This document shows positions 26,435-36,125 of a stretch of DNA of 64,000 nt, piece by piece. The notes beneath the pieces are model-generated. The model made no database searches. It worked only from the letters and a program-made list of their open reading frames with translations, and was not told the DNA's origin. Made by a program: the position numbers and the translations under genes. Location of the stretch: positions 1-64,000 of the forward strand of contig CAVZJB010000016.1 of NCBI GenBank assembly GCA_963775425.1, read 5' to 3'. This DNA is from an uncultured delta proteobacterium (lineage in GTDB: Bacteria > Myxococcota > UBA727 > VGSZ01). How positions within the stretch are numbered: position 1 is the stretch's first letter; each line of letters starts with the position of its first letter.

Positions 26435-27571
26435 GTGCGCTCCTCCGCCTCACCGTCCCTGGACCCGGCACCCGTCGACATCGAGGACGGCGTCGTCGAC
26501 GTCGGGCCGGCGCCGCGCCGGGCGAGCCGCCCGCTCGCGCCTGCGCGCCTGGGCGCCTGCGCGCCCGCCGCCGCCGTCGTCGCCGCCGTGGCCGTCGCCG
26601 TCGTCGTCGGCGGCGGAGTCGCCTGCGCGCCCGCCACCGTCCCCGGGGCCAAGGGCCTGCCGCCGCAAGGCGCGTTCGAGGCGTGCGCCATCGAGCCCGA
26701 GCGCTTCGTCGTCGTCGAGGCCGGCACCGTTCCCCTCGTCATCACCTCGACGCACGCCGGCACCACCGAGCCCCTCGGCTGCGACGCCGGCAGCTCCGTG
26801 CTGCGCGACCTCGCGCACCGTGCGTGCACACCTTCGCTCGACATGGTCTGCGAGAGCGGGCCGTGCCGCGCGGGCGGGCCCGACCACAACGCGCGTGAGC
26901 TCACCTTCGCCCTCCAAGACGACCTCGAGCAGTGCCTCGGGGGGCGCCCGTCGCTCGTCCTCACCGAGGTGGAGCGCACCGTCGTCGACATGAACCGCGA
27001 CGCGGCCGACCCCGGCGGCTTGCGCTGCGCCATGGAGGACCCGGCCGCCGCGCCGTACTGGGAGGCGTTTCAGCGCGCGGTCGAGGGCGAGGTCGCGCGC
27101 GCCGTCGACGCCGCCGGCGACGGCGCCTTGCTCATCGACGTGCACACGTACGCGTCGCTGCCGGCGGCGCCGCCCCCCGCGATGATGATCGGCACCGGCA
27201 ATCCCGTGGGGCTCACCACGCCGCACCGGCGCGCCGACGACCCCACGCTCGGCTTCCTCTTCGGTCCCGGCGGCCTGCGCGCGCACCTGCTCCAGGGGCT
27301 CCACGCCGAAGATCCTGCCGCCGCGGTCTACCCGCAGAGCGCGGGCCAAGCCCTCGACGGGCTGTTCAACGGCCGCTACATCGTGCGCCGCTACTCACGC
27401 AACGTCGACGACGACACCAGGGAAGCGGGCCCCGCCATCGACTCCATCCAGCTCGAGACCTCGAGCGGGCTGCGCGACGACGTCGACGCCACCGCCCTGA
27501 GCATCGCGTCCGCGCTGTGCGACGTGTTTGGCGACCGCCTGCGCGGCGGCGTGCGCGGAGGGACGCCTTGA
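26435..27571 (+). CDS. N-formylglutamate amidohydrolase-like exported protein
   Basis: PLVITSTHAG, VDMNR, LLIDVH, IQLE motifs; start uncertain. Confidence 0.65.
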   Translation: MRSSASPSLDPAPVDIEDGVVDVGPAPRRASRPLAPARLGACAPAAAVVAAVAVAVVVGGGVACAPATVPGAKGLPPQGAFEACAIEPERFVVVEAGTVPLVITSTHAGTTEPLGCDAGSSVLRDLAHRACTPSLDMVCESGPCRAGGPDHNARELTFALQDDLEQCLGGRPSLVLTEVERTVVDMNRDAADPGGLRCAMEDPAAAPYWEAFQRAVEGEVARAVDAAGDGALLIDVHTYASLPAAPPPAMMIGTGNPVGLTTPHRRADDPTLGFLFGPGGLRAHLLQGLHAEDPAAAVYPQSAGQALDGLFNGRYIVRRYSRNVDDDTREAGPAIDSIQLETSSGLRDDVDATALSIASALCDVFGDRLRGGVRGGTP

Positions 27572-29346
27572 GCCTCGAGCGCCGCGCCGTCGGCGAAGCC
27601 TTGAACCGGCTCGCGTTCGCGGCCGAGCTCCTCGACGATGACACCGTCGACGCCAAGCGCTGCGCTTCGCTCGCCTGGACCATTCGCTCGCTCGAGGGAG
27701 AGCTCACGCTCGAGCGCATCGCCACGCTCGACGGCGCCAGCCTGCCCGTGCTCGCCGTCGTCGACGACGTCGCCCACGGGCGCGCGCCGCCCCTCCTCGC
27801 CGCCCTCGAGGCCCAGGTGCCACGGGGGCTCCTCGAGGTGCGTCGCTTGAAGGGCCTCGGTCCCAAGAAGATCCGCGCGCTCTGGCAGGACCTCGACGTC
27901 ACCAGCGTCGGCGAGCTCGAGTACGCGTGCCGCGAGAACCGCCTCGTCGATCTCAAGGGCTTCGGCAAGAAGACCCAGGACGCCGTCCTCGAGCAGATCG
28001 AGACCCTGCGCGCGCAGGCCGGCCTCGTTCGCCTCGACCGCGCCGACGCCCTCGCCGCCGCCCTGCTGTCCGCGATCGGCGCTGCGGGAGGCGCGGGCGA
28101 GCCGCCGCGCCACGACGCGATGGTCGCCGGTGAGGTGCGCCGCCGCTGCGAGGTGGTCTCGGCCGTCGTCGTCGTCACCACGGCCCCCGTCGCCGTCGCG
28201 CGCGCCGCGCTCGCGTCGCTCACACCCGCGGGCGCCCCCGGCGACGTCGCGGGCGAGGCGGGCGCTGCCGTGGTCGCCGGCGACGGGGGCGTCGTCGAGG
28301 GGGCGACGGGCGGCGTCGCCGTCCGCATCCGAGCCGCGGTGGACCCCCGGCACCGGGGCCCGGTCGTCGCCGTGGAGACCGGAAGCGCCGCCCACGTCGA
28401 GGCCCTGCGGGAGCGGGGGCGCGCGCGCGGGCTCGTGCTCGAGGACATCGAGGCGGAAGACGAGGAGGCGGTCTACGACGCGCTCGGTCTCGCCTTCGTG
28501 GAGCCGGAGCGCCGTGAGGAGGGCGCCGTCCTCGTCGAAAAGGGCAGGGCGCGTCCGCGCCTCGTGCGCCTCGAGGACCTCAAGGGCTCGCTGCACAACC
28601 ACACCACCGCCTCCGACGGCACCGCGAGCATGGCGGAGATGCAGCAGGCCGCGGCCGGGCGCGGGCTCGCGTACCTCGCCGTCACCGACCACTCGCAGAG
28701 CGCCGTCTACGCTCGCGGCCTCGGGGCGTCCACGCTGGCGGCGCAGCGGGAGGAGGCGCGCGTGCTCAACGCGGGGAGCCCCGCGTGCACGCTGTTGTGC
28801 GGGGTCGAGAGCGACATCCTCAAGGACGGCGCCCTCGACTACCCGGCCGCCGTCCTCGATAAGCTCGACGTCGTCGTCGCCAGCGTCCACAGCCGCTTCG
28901 GCCAGAAGGGCCCGGACCTCACCGCGCGCATGACGGCCGCGGCCCAAAACCCGTGGAGCGACATCGTCGGCCACCCCACCGGCCGCTTGCTCCTCGGGCG
29001 CGCCCCGGCCGAATACGACGTTTCCGCACTTCTGGAAGTGTGCGCGATGACCGGCGCGGCGGTGGAGCTCAACGCCAACCCCGCCCGGCTCGACCTGAAC
29101 GAGCGCCACCTCGCGGAGGCCAAGGCGCGCGGCATCCCCGTGTCCATCGCCGCCGACGCGCACGCCACGCGCGAGCTCGACTACCTCGCCTACGGCGTCT
29201 CCATCGCGCGCCGCGCCGGTCTCACGGCCGAGGACGTGCTCAACACGCGCCCCCTCGAGGAGGTGCGCGCGTGGCTGGCGGCCCGCCGCGCACGAGCGGC
29301 TGCGCCCGCGGGCGAAGCACCGGGTGCCGAGACCCTCGCGGGGTGA
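27568..29346 (+). CDS. polX: PolX-PHP protein with degenerate polymerase site and intact PHP
   Basis: HhH GLGPKK and GFGKK; GEVRRRCEVVSAVVV lacks DxD; PHP HNH, TDH, GVE, SVH, GHPTGR, DAH present; TTG start overlapping the previous stop. Confidence 0.88.
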   Translation: MSLERRAVGEALNRLAFAAELLDDDTVDAKRCASLAWTIRSLEGELTLERIATLDGASLPVLAVVDDVAHGRAPPLLAALEAQVPRGLLEVRRLKGLGPKKIRALWQDLDVTSVGELEYACRENRLVDLKGFGKKTQDAVLEQIETLRAQAGLVRLDRADALAAALLSAIGAAGGAGEPPRHDAMVAGEVRRRCEVVSAVVVVTTAPVAVARAALASLTPAGAPGDVAGEAGAAVVAGDGGVVEGATGGVAVRIRAAVDPRHRGPVVAVETGSAAHVEALRERGRARGLVLEDIEAEDEEAVYDALGLAFVEPERREEGAVLVEKGRARPRLVRLEDLKGSLHNHTTASDGTASMAEMQQAAAGRGLAYLAVTDHSQSAVYARGLGASTLAAQREEARVLNAGSPACTLLCGVESDILKDGALDYPAAVLDKLDVVVASVHSRFGQKGPDLTARMTAAAQNPWSDIVGHPTGRLLLGRAPAEYDVSALLEVCAMTGAAVELNANPARLDLNERHLAEAKARGIPVSIAADAHATRELDYLAYGVSIARRAGLTAEDVLNTRPLEEVRAWLAARRARAAAPAGEAPGAETLAG

Positions 29347-29350
29347 GGCG

Positions 29351-31336
29351 ATGGACAACCGCGCGCTCGCCGCCGTGTTCCTCGAGATGGGAGAGCTCCT
29401 TCAAATCCAGGGCGGCGACCCCTACCGCGCTCGCGCGTTCAAGCGCACGGCGCAGATCCTCGAGGGCGTCCGCGAGCCCGTCGCGGAGAAGCTCAAGCAC
29501 GGCGGCCTCGCGCGCATCCCCGGCATCGGCCCCGGCTCCGTCGACCGCATCAAGTCCATCCTCGCGACCGGCACCTGTCCGGACCACCAGCGCCTGCTGG
29601 CGCGGCTGCCGCAAGGGCTGCGCGACGTCGTCAAGGTGCGCGGCATGGGCCCGCGTCACGCGCGGCTCGCGTTCGAGACGCTCGGGGTGCGGGACCTCGA
29701 GGGCCTCGCGCGCGCGGCGCGGTCGGGCGCGCTCCTGCTGGTGCCCGGCATCGGCGCGCGCACCGTCGAGCGGGTGCTCGCGCACCTCGATGACATCGCC
29801 CGCGGGCCCGCGCCGCGCCTGCGCCTCGACGACGCCGTCGCGCTCGGCGAACAGATCATCGAGCACATGCGCGAGGAGCCGGCGTGCGTGATGCTCGCGC
29901 AGACGGGGAGCGCGCGGCGCAAGAAGGAGACCGTCGGCGACCTCGACGTCCTCGTGGCCACGCGCCAGCCGGGGCCCGTGGTGCGGCGCTTCACGGTGTT
30001 CCCCGACGTCAAAGAGGTCATCCTCGCCGGCGACTCGCGCGCCACGGTGATCTTGAGGAGCGGCGTGCAAGTGGACCTGCGCGTGGTCACCGCCGAGACC
30101 TTCGGCGCCGGTCTGCACTACTTCACGGGCAACAAGCAGCACAACATCCAGATGCGGCTGCGCGCCAACCAGCACCGCCTGCAGCTCAGCGAGCACGGCG
30201 TATGGGAGCGCAAGCTCTTCGGCCGTGGCCAGGGCGAGGACAACCGCAAGATCGCCCGGCGCATCGTGGCCGGCCGCACGGAGGAGGAGATCTTCCTCGC
30301 GCTCGGACTGCCGTTCATCCCGCCCGAATTGCGCGAGGGCGACGGCGAGATCGAGGCCGCCGCCGCGGGCAAGCTCCCGCGCCTCGTCGACGCCGGCGAC
30401 CTCCAGGGCGATCTCCACCTGCGCGCGCGCTCGCTCGCCGAAGCGTCCGCGATGCTCCACGCCGCCAAGGCGGCGGGCCTCGCGTACGTCTGCTTCGTGC
30501 GCACCCTCGAGGAGCTGCGGGCCCCGGACGCGGAGTCGTTCGCGCGCGAGGTGGCGCTCGTCGAAGAGACCGTCGGCGTGCGCGCGCTCCTGGGCGCGCT
30601 CGTCCCGATCGCCGTCGACGGCGGCGTCGACGGGGCCCGTGTCGACGAGCTGCGCGAGCGAGTCGACCTCGTTGTCGGCGTGGTCGAGGGGGAGCGCGCC
30701 ATGCCCGCGGCGCAGATGACGGCGCGGGTGGTGAAGGCCGTGACCTCTGGCGCGGTCGACGTGCTCCACCATCCCACCGGCCGCGTGCTCTTGCCCGAGG
30801 ACGACGACGAGCCCGGCCTCGACGTCGAGATCTGGACCGTGTTGAAGGCGGCGGCCCGCGCGCGCGTCCTCATCGAGGTCGGCGGCGATCCGCGCCGCCT
30901 CGACCTCGACGCGCGCGGCTGCCGCACGAACACCGAGGTGGGCGCGCTGTTGTCCGTGGCCAGCGAGGCGACGGCGCCGGAGCAGATGGCGCCGCGGCTC
31001 GGCTATGCGCTCGGCCAGGCGCGCCGTGGCTGGATCGGCAAGGAGCTCGTGGGCAACTCCCTTCCGCTCGAGCGGCTGGAGGCGTGGCTGCGCGAGCGTC
31101 GCGCGGCGGGCGCGGCGCCGTCGACGGCGCGCCGCGCGATGTTGCAGGGGTGGGTCGCCGACAATCCCCTCGCGCGCGCGCTCGACGACACGCCGCTCCC
31201 GCCGGAGCTCGTCGAGCGCCTCGAGCGCTTCCTCCAGGGAGAGGCGGATCCGCCCCTCGAGCGTGCCCTCGCGCGCAGCGCCGGCAACGCCTTGCAGCGG
31301 GCGTTTGACCTCGTGATGCGCGCCCGCGGAGCGTGA
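29351..31336 (+). CDS. polX: PolX-PHP protein with intact polymerase site and degenerate PHP
   Basis: GSARRKKETVGDLDVL, QVDLRVV, YFTGNKQHN, IPPELRE; PHP ligands mostly lost (HLR, SEA). Confidence 0.9.
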   Translation: MDNRALAAVFLEMGELLQIQGGDPYRARAFKRTAQILEGVREPVAEKLKHGGLARIPGIGPGSVDRIKSILATGTCPDHQRLLARLPQGLRDVVKVRGMGPRHARLAFETLGVRDLEGLARAARSGALLLVPGIGARTVERVLAHLDDIARGPAPRLRLDDAVALGEQIIEHMREEPACVMLAQTGSARRKKETVGDLDVLVATRQPGPVVRRFTVFPDVKEVILAGDSRATVILRSGVQVDLRVVTAETFGAGLHYFTGNKQHNIQMRLRANQHRLQLSEHGVWERKLFGRGQGEDNRKIARRIVAGRTEEEIFLALGLPFIPPELREGDGEIEAAAAGKLPRLVDAGDLQGDLHLRARSLAEASAMLHAAKAAGLAYVCFVRTLEELRAPDAESFAREVALVEETVGVRALLGALVPIAVDGGVDGARVDELRERVDLVVGVVEGERAMPAAQMTARVVKAVTSGAVDVLHHPTGRVLLPEDDDEPGLDVEIWTVLKAAARARVLIEVGGDPRRLDLDARGCRTNTEVGALLSVASEATAPEQMAPRLGYALGQARRGWIGKELVGNSLPLERLEAWLRERRAAGAAPSTARRAMLQGWVADNPLARALDDTPLPPELVERLERFLQGEADPPLERALARSAGNALQRAFDLVMRARGA

Positions 31337-31464
31337 CGCCGGTCGTCGAGGCAAACGCGCCGCGGGCCCGGGATCGAGGCGCGGCGCGCGCACAGCGAGG
31401 GGATAGACCGGCGCGGCCGGTGGTCCGTTGACCCGTGCTACCGTTTCGCCGCCTGGGAGGCCCG

Positions 31465-33627
31465 ATGCTCGCTCGTCTGCGCTCGCTCGATCCGCGCTGG
31501 TACCAGATCATCTGCCTGAGCACACTCCTCGTGTGGGGGCTCCTCGGCCTCGGCTTCGAGGTGCCGCCGCCGCAGGCGGGTGTGACCCTGGCCACGGCGC
31601 TCCTCGTGCAATTCGCCTGCACGCGCCTGTGGCGACTGCCGCGCTTCGACCCGAAGAGCGCCCTCATCACCGGCCTCTCCCTGTGCCTGCTGTTGCGCGT
31701 GGACGCGCTGCCGTGGGCGGCGGCCGGTGCGGCCATCGCCATCGCGTCCAAGTTCATCGTGCGCTTCCGCGGCAAGCACGTCCTCAACCCCAGCGGCGGC
31801 GCCCTCGTCATCCTCCTCCTCGTGCACGCGCCCGCGTGGGTGTCGCCGGGGCAATGGGGCAACGTGGCGTTCCTCGGGTTCCTGATGGCCTGCCTCGGGG
31901 GCCTCGTGGTGATGCGGTCCGCGCGCGCCGACGTAGCCCTGTCGTTCCTCGCCTTCTTCGCCCTCGGGCTCGTCGCGCGCTCGCTGTGGGTGGGAGAGCC
32001 GATGACCATCCCGCTTCATCGGCTGCAGAGCGGCGGCCTGCTGCTGTTTGCCTTCTTCATGATCAGCGACCCCAAGACCACGCCCGACGCCCGCGCGGGT
32101 CGCGTGCTCTACGCGTTCATCGTCGCCGCCGGCGCGCTCTTCGTGCAGTTCGGCCTGTTCGGCACCAACGGCATCCTGTGGTCCCTGTTTCTGTGCGCGT
32201 TCCTCGTCCCGGTCATCGACCGCTTCTTCAAGGGGGAGCGCTACGTGTGGGCCCGCGCGCGCACCGCGCGTGTCTCGCGCGGCGGTGTGCTCGCCTCGCC
32301 CGTGGCGATCGCCGTCATCGCGCTCGTCGCTCTCGGCGCCGGCGACGCCAAGGCGTTTTGCGGCTTCTACGTCGCCAAGGCCGACGCCAAGCTGTTCAAC
32401 AAGGCGTCGCAGGTGGTGCTCGTGCGCGACGAGGAAAAGACCGTGCTCACCATGGCCAACGACTACCAGGGCAAGGTCAAGGACTTCGCCATGGTGGTGC
32501 CGGTGCCCACCGAGATCACCCGCGCGCAGATCCACATCGGCGACATGAAGACCATCGATCACCTCGACGGCTACACGGTGCCGCGGCTCGTCGAGTACTT
32601 CGACGGCGACCCGTGCTACCGGCCGCCGCCGCCGCGCCCCATGATGGCGCCCTCGGCGGCGCGGCGGGGCGCGGGAGCCGCCAGGAGCGAGGCGCTGGCG
32701 GACCGCGCGCGAGCCCTCGGCGTGACCATCGAGGCCACCTACACCGTCGGCGAGTACGACATCCTCATCCTGAGCGCCAAACAGAGCGACGGCCTGGTCA
32801 CCTGGCTGAAGGAGGAGGGCTACAAGATCCCCGACGGCGCCGAGCCCGTCGTCGACAGCTACCTCAAGCAGAAGATGCATTGGTTCGTCGCCAAGGTGAA
32901 CCTCGCCGAGCACGACAAGCTCGGCGGCGGGAAGCTTCGGCCCATCCAGGTCGCCTATGAGTCCCCGAAGTTCATGCTGCCCATCCGGCTCGGCACGGTG
33001 AACGCGCAGGGCACCCAGGACCTCATCATCTACGCGCTCACCAAGAGCGGGCGCGTGGAGACCACCAACTACAAGACCGTCAAGCTCCCCAGCGACCTCA
33101 ACGTCCCCGAGTACACCAAGGACGTCTTCGGCGACTTCTACAAGGCGATGTTCGGCCGTCAGGTGCAGAAGAACGACATGCGCTCCGTGATCACCGAGTA
33201 CGCCTGGGACATGAGCTTCTGCGATCCGTGCGCGGCGCAGCCGCTGTCGACGCAGGAGCTCAAAGACCTCGGCGTGTGGTGGATCGGGCAGGGCGACGGC
33301 TACCACGGCTACGGCGGCAACAACGCGTTCGTCACGCGCCTGCACGTCCGCTACGACCGCGGCCACTTCCCCGAGGATCTGGTGTTCCAGGCCACGAGCG
33401 ATCGGCAGAACTTCCAGGGGCGCTACATCCTGCAGCACCCGTTCAAGGGGGACCTGTCGTGTCCCGCCGGCAAGCAGTACAAGCGCGCGCTGTACGCGCG
33501 GGAGAAGAAGGAGGCCAAGACATTGGCCGACCTCACCGGCTGGAAGCTCGCCGACATCGAGAAAAAGATGCACCTCGGCCGAGCGCCGTCCGACGACAAC
33601 ACGTGGTACCAGAAGCTCTGGAAGTGA
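31465..33627 (+). CDS. RnfD/NqrB-like membrane domain fused to DUF2330 (paralogue 2)
   Basis: SALITGLSL, SKF...KHVLNPS, FFMISDPKTTP, then hydrophobic stretch and AKA|FCGFYVAK DUF2330 domain. Confidence 0.85.
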   Translation: MLARLRSLDPRWYQIICLSTLLVWGLLGLGFEVPPPQAGVTLATALLVQFACTRLWRLPRFDPKSALITGLSLCLLLRVDALPWAAAGAAIAIASKFIVRFRGKHVLNPSGGALVILLLVHAPAWVSPGQWGNVAFLGFLMACLGGLVVMRSARADVALSFLAFFALGLVARSLWVGEPMTIPLHRLQSGGLLLFAFFMISDPKTTPDARAGRVLYAFIVAAGALFVQFGLFGTNGILWSLFLCAFLVPVIDRFFKGERYVWARARTARVSRGGVLASPVAIAVIALVALGAGDAKAFCGFYVAKADAKLFNKASQVVLVRDEEKTVLTMANDYQGKVKDFAMVVPVPTEITRAQIHIGDMKTIDHLDGYTVPRLVEYFDGDPCYRPPPPRPMMAPSAARRGAGAARSEALADRARALGVTIEATYTVGEYDILILSAKQSDGLVTWLKEEGYKIPDGAEPVVDSYLKQKMHWFVAKVNLAEHDKLGGGKLRPIQVAYESPKFMLPIRLGTVNAQGTQDLIIYALTKSGRVETTNYKTVKLPSDLNVPEYTKDVFGDFYKAMFGRQVQKNDMRSVITEYAWDMSFCDPCAAQPLSTQELKDLGVWWIGQGDGYHGYGGNNAFVTRLHVRYDRGHFPEDLVFQATSDRQNFQGRYILQHPFKGDLSCPAGKQYKRALYAREKKEAKTLADLTGWKLADIEKKMHLGRAPSDDNTWYQKLWK

Positions 33628-33631
33628 ACCG

Positions 33632-34960
33632 ATGAACGCACGCACCCTCACCGTCGTCGCCGCAACCGTCCTCTTCAGCATGAAGGCGAGCGCCTTCTGC
33701 GGCTTCTTCGTGGCGAAGGCGGACGCCAAGCTGTTCAACAAGTCCTCGCAGGTGGTGCTGGTGCGCGACGAGGACAAGACCGTCCTCACCATGGCCAACG
33801 ACTACCAGGGCAAGGTCAAGGACTTCGCCGTCGTCGTGCCGGTGCCCACCGCCATCACCAAGCAGCAGATCCACATCGGCGACATGAAGGTGATCGATCA
33901 CCTCGACGGCTACACGGTGCCGCGCCTCGTCGAGTACTCGGATCGGAACCCGTGCGAGCCCATCTACAAGGACAAGGCGCGCCGCTACTCCAAGATGGCG
34001 CCGATGATGGAGTCCGCCAAGAAGGACAGCGCCGCCGAGCGCGCGAAGGCGCTCGGCGTGAAGATCGAGGCGAGCTACACCGTCGGCGAGTACGACATCC
34101 TCATCCTGAGCGCCAAGCAGAGCACGGGGCTCATCACCTGGCTCACCGAAGAGCACTACAAGATCCCCGCGGGCGCCGGCCCCGTCGTCGACAGCTACCT
34201 GAAGCAGAAGATGCATTGGTTCGTGGCCAAGGTGAACCTCGCGGAGCACGACAAGCTCGGCGGCGGCAAGCTCCGGCCCATCCAGATCGCCTACGAGTCA
34301 CCGAAGTTCATGCTGCCCATCCGCCTCGGCACGGTGAACGCGGACGGCACCCAGGACCTGATCGTCTACGCGCTGACCAAGAGCGGGCGCGTGGAGACCA
34401 CCAACTACAAGACCGTCAAGCTGCCGTCCGACGCCGAGATCCCGGAGTACACCAAGGACGTCTTCGGCGAATTCTACAAGGCGCTCTTCGCCCGCACCGT
34501 CGAGAAGAACGACATGCGCTCCGTGATCACGGAGTACGCGTGGGACATGAGCTTCTGCGACCCGTGCGCGGCGCAGCCCCTGTCCACGCAGGAGCTCAGG
34601 TCGCTCGGCGTGTGGTGGATCGGGCAGGGCGACGGCTACCACGGCTACGGCGGCAACAACGCCTTCGTTACGCGCCTGCACGTGCGCTACGACCAGGCCC
34701 ACTTCCCCGAGGACCTCGTCTTTCAACAGACGAGCGACCGCCAGAACTTCCAGGGGCGCTACATCATGCGCCACCCCTGGCGCGGCCCCATGAATTGCTC
34801 GGCCGCGGGCGCCTACAAAAAGCAGGTGTGGGAGCGGGAGAAGAAGCAGGCGCAGACGCTGGCCGACCTCACGGGTTGGAAGCTCGCCGACATCGAGAAG
34901 AAGATGAACCTCGGCGCCAAGCCCGCCGGGGACAAGTGGTACAACAAGCTCTGGAAGTAG
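33632..34960 (+). CDS. DUF2330 domain exported protein (paralogue 3)
   Basis: ASA|FCGFFVAK; highly similar to the other two copies. Confidence 0.88.
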   Translation: MNARTLTVVAATVLFSMKASAFCGFFVAKADAKLFNKSSQVVLVRDEDKTVLTMANDYQGKVKDFAVVVPVPTAITKQQIHIGDMKVIDHLDGYTVPRLVEYSDRNPCEPIYKDKARRYSKMAPMMESAKKDSAAERAKALGVKIEASYTVGEYDILILSAKQSTGLITWLTEEHYKIPAGAGPVVDSYLKQKMHWFVAKVNLAEHDKLGGGKLRPIQIAYESPKFMLPIRLGTVNADGTQDLIVYALTKSGRVETTNYKTVKLPSDAEIPEYTKDVFGEFYKALFARTVEKNDMRSVITEYAWDMSFCDPCAAQPLSTQELRSLGVWWIGQGDGYHGYGGNNAFVTRLHVRYDQAHFPEDLVFQQTSDRQNFQGRYIMRHPWRGPMNCSAAGAYKKQVWEREKKQAQTLADLTGWKLADIEKKMNLGAKPAGDKWYNKLWK

Positions 34961-34976
34961 GGCGGGCCCCGCGGCG

Positions 34977-35441
34977 TCACATCGAGGCGTCGTGCTTGAT
35001 GCGCCAGGCCTTTGCGCCCGGCGGCTTTACGAGGCCGATGACGGAGTAGCCCTCCGCGTGCGGCTTCTTCGCGAACGCGAGCTTCCACTTCATCGCCACC
35101 GATGCCGCCTGCGGGCCCGCGGCGACGTCGAGGATCTCGAACGACAGCGCGCCCATCTGCTCCCTGCTGGCGTACTTCTTCTTGTAACGCTCGAGGACGG
35201 CCTGGCGCGTGCGGGTGAGACCCGAGGGAGAGACGAAGACGGCGTCGTCGTCGTAGTGGCTGCAGAAGGCGTCGATGTCTCCCGCGGTCCATTCGCGCGC
35301 GGAGAGGTCGAGGAGGGCGCGGAGCTTGGTGTCGGCGTCGACGGGGATGCTGAGCGTGTCGGCTCGCGCGCCCCCCGACAGGACGGGCGACAGGACGGGC
35401 GCGAGCGCGAGCGGGAAGGCGAGGGCCTGGCGGCGCTTCAC
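34977..35441 (-). CDS. NTF2-like / DUF4440 (YybH) exported protein
   Basis: WTAGDIDAF..Y, RY...Y...MGALSF, WRIKHDAS motifs; GTG start overlapping the GNAT stop. Confidence 0.78.
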   Translation of the reverse strand: MKRRQALAFPLALAPVLSPVLSGGARADTLSIPVDADTKLRALLDLSAREWTAGDIDAFCSHYDDDAVFVSPSGLTRTRQAVLERYKKKYASREQMGALSFEILDVAAGPQAASVAMKWKLAFAKKPHAEGYSVIGLVKPPGAKAWRIKHDASM

Positions 35442-35974
35442 GGCACGTCCTTGAGCTCGCCGGGCAGGACGCTCATCAACGACAGCGATTGGAAACGGCC
35501 GTCGCGGAAGTACGCGTGGCGCCTGTCGCCTTCGTGCAAGAAGCCGAGCTTCTGGTAGCTCCGCACGGCGCTCGTGTTGGTCGGGAAGACCTCGAGCTCG
35601 ACGCGCACGAGCCCGAGCTCGCCGTGGGCGTACTTGACGAGGGTGTGCATGGCGTCGGTGCCATACCCCTTGCCGCGGTCGGCGGCGCGCCCGACGAGGA
35701 TGCCCACGAGGCAGCCGCGGTTCTTCCAGTCGATGCGATGGATGCCGCAGGTGCCGAGGAGCCGGGGCGCTCCGTCGTTTTCGGCTTCGAAGGCGAACAC
35801 TTGATCGGTCTGGCTGGTCTGGATGGCCTCGTACCAGCGGCTCTCGTCGGCGAGCGACAACGGCCGATACGACGCGAGCGTCGCGCGCGTTTGCGGATCG
35901 TTGAACCACGCGGTGATGGCCGGCAGGTCCTCGCGCTCGACGGCCCGCAGTCGAACCTTTTTCCCCATGAGCAC
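35438..35974 (-). CDS. GNAT acetyltransferase, RimJ/RimL type
   Basis: VRLRAVE, RGKGYG, N..AVRSYQKLGF..EG motifs; GAGGAGG RBS. Confidence 0.9.
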   Translation of the reverse strand: MLMGKKVRLRAVEREDLPAITAWFNDPQTRATLASYRPLSLADESRWYEAIQTSQTDQVFAFEAENDGAPRLLGTCGIHRIDWKNRGCLVGILVGRAADRGKGYGTDAMHTLVKYAHGELGLVRVELEVFPTNTSAVRSYQKLGFLHEGDRRHAYFRDGRFQSLSLMSVLPGELKDVP

Positions 35975-36125
35975 GGCGGCCTCCTCGTCGTCACCGCGGG
36001 CTACACCTGCAGCGTTCGTGTGCCAACAGGCCCGGCCGCTGTGTCGAACCGAACACGCTCGTGTGCGATGGACATCACGGGGGCGATCTTCGTCGACGCC
36101 GGCGCACCGGTCGTACGATCGAGGC

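Noticed and set aside
35975-36125. Sigma-54 promoter or Moco riboswitch upstream of the napH-like gene
   Set aside because: TGGCAC is present on the minus strand but the GG-to-GC spacing is 9, not 10; no riboswitch consensus recognised.
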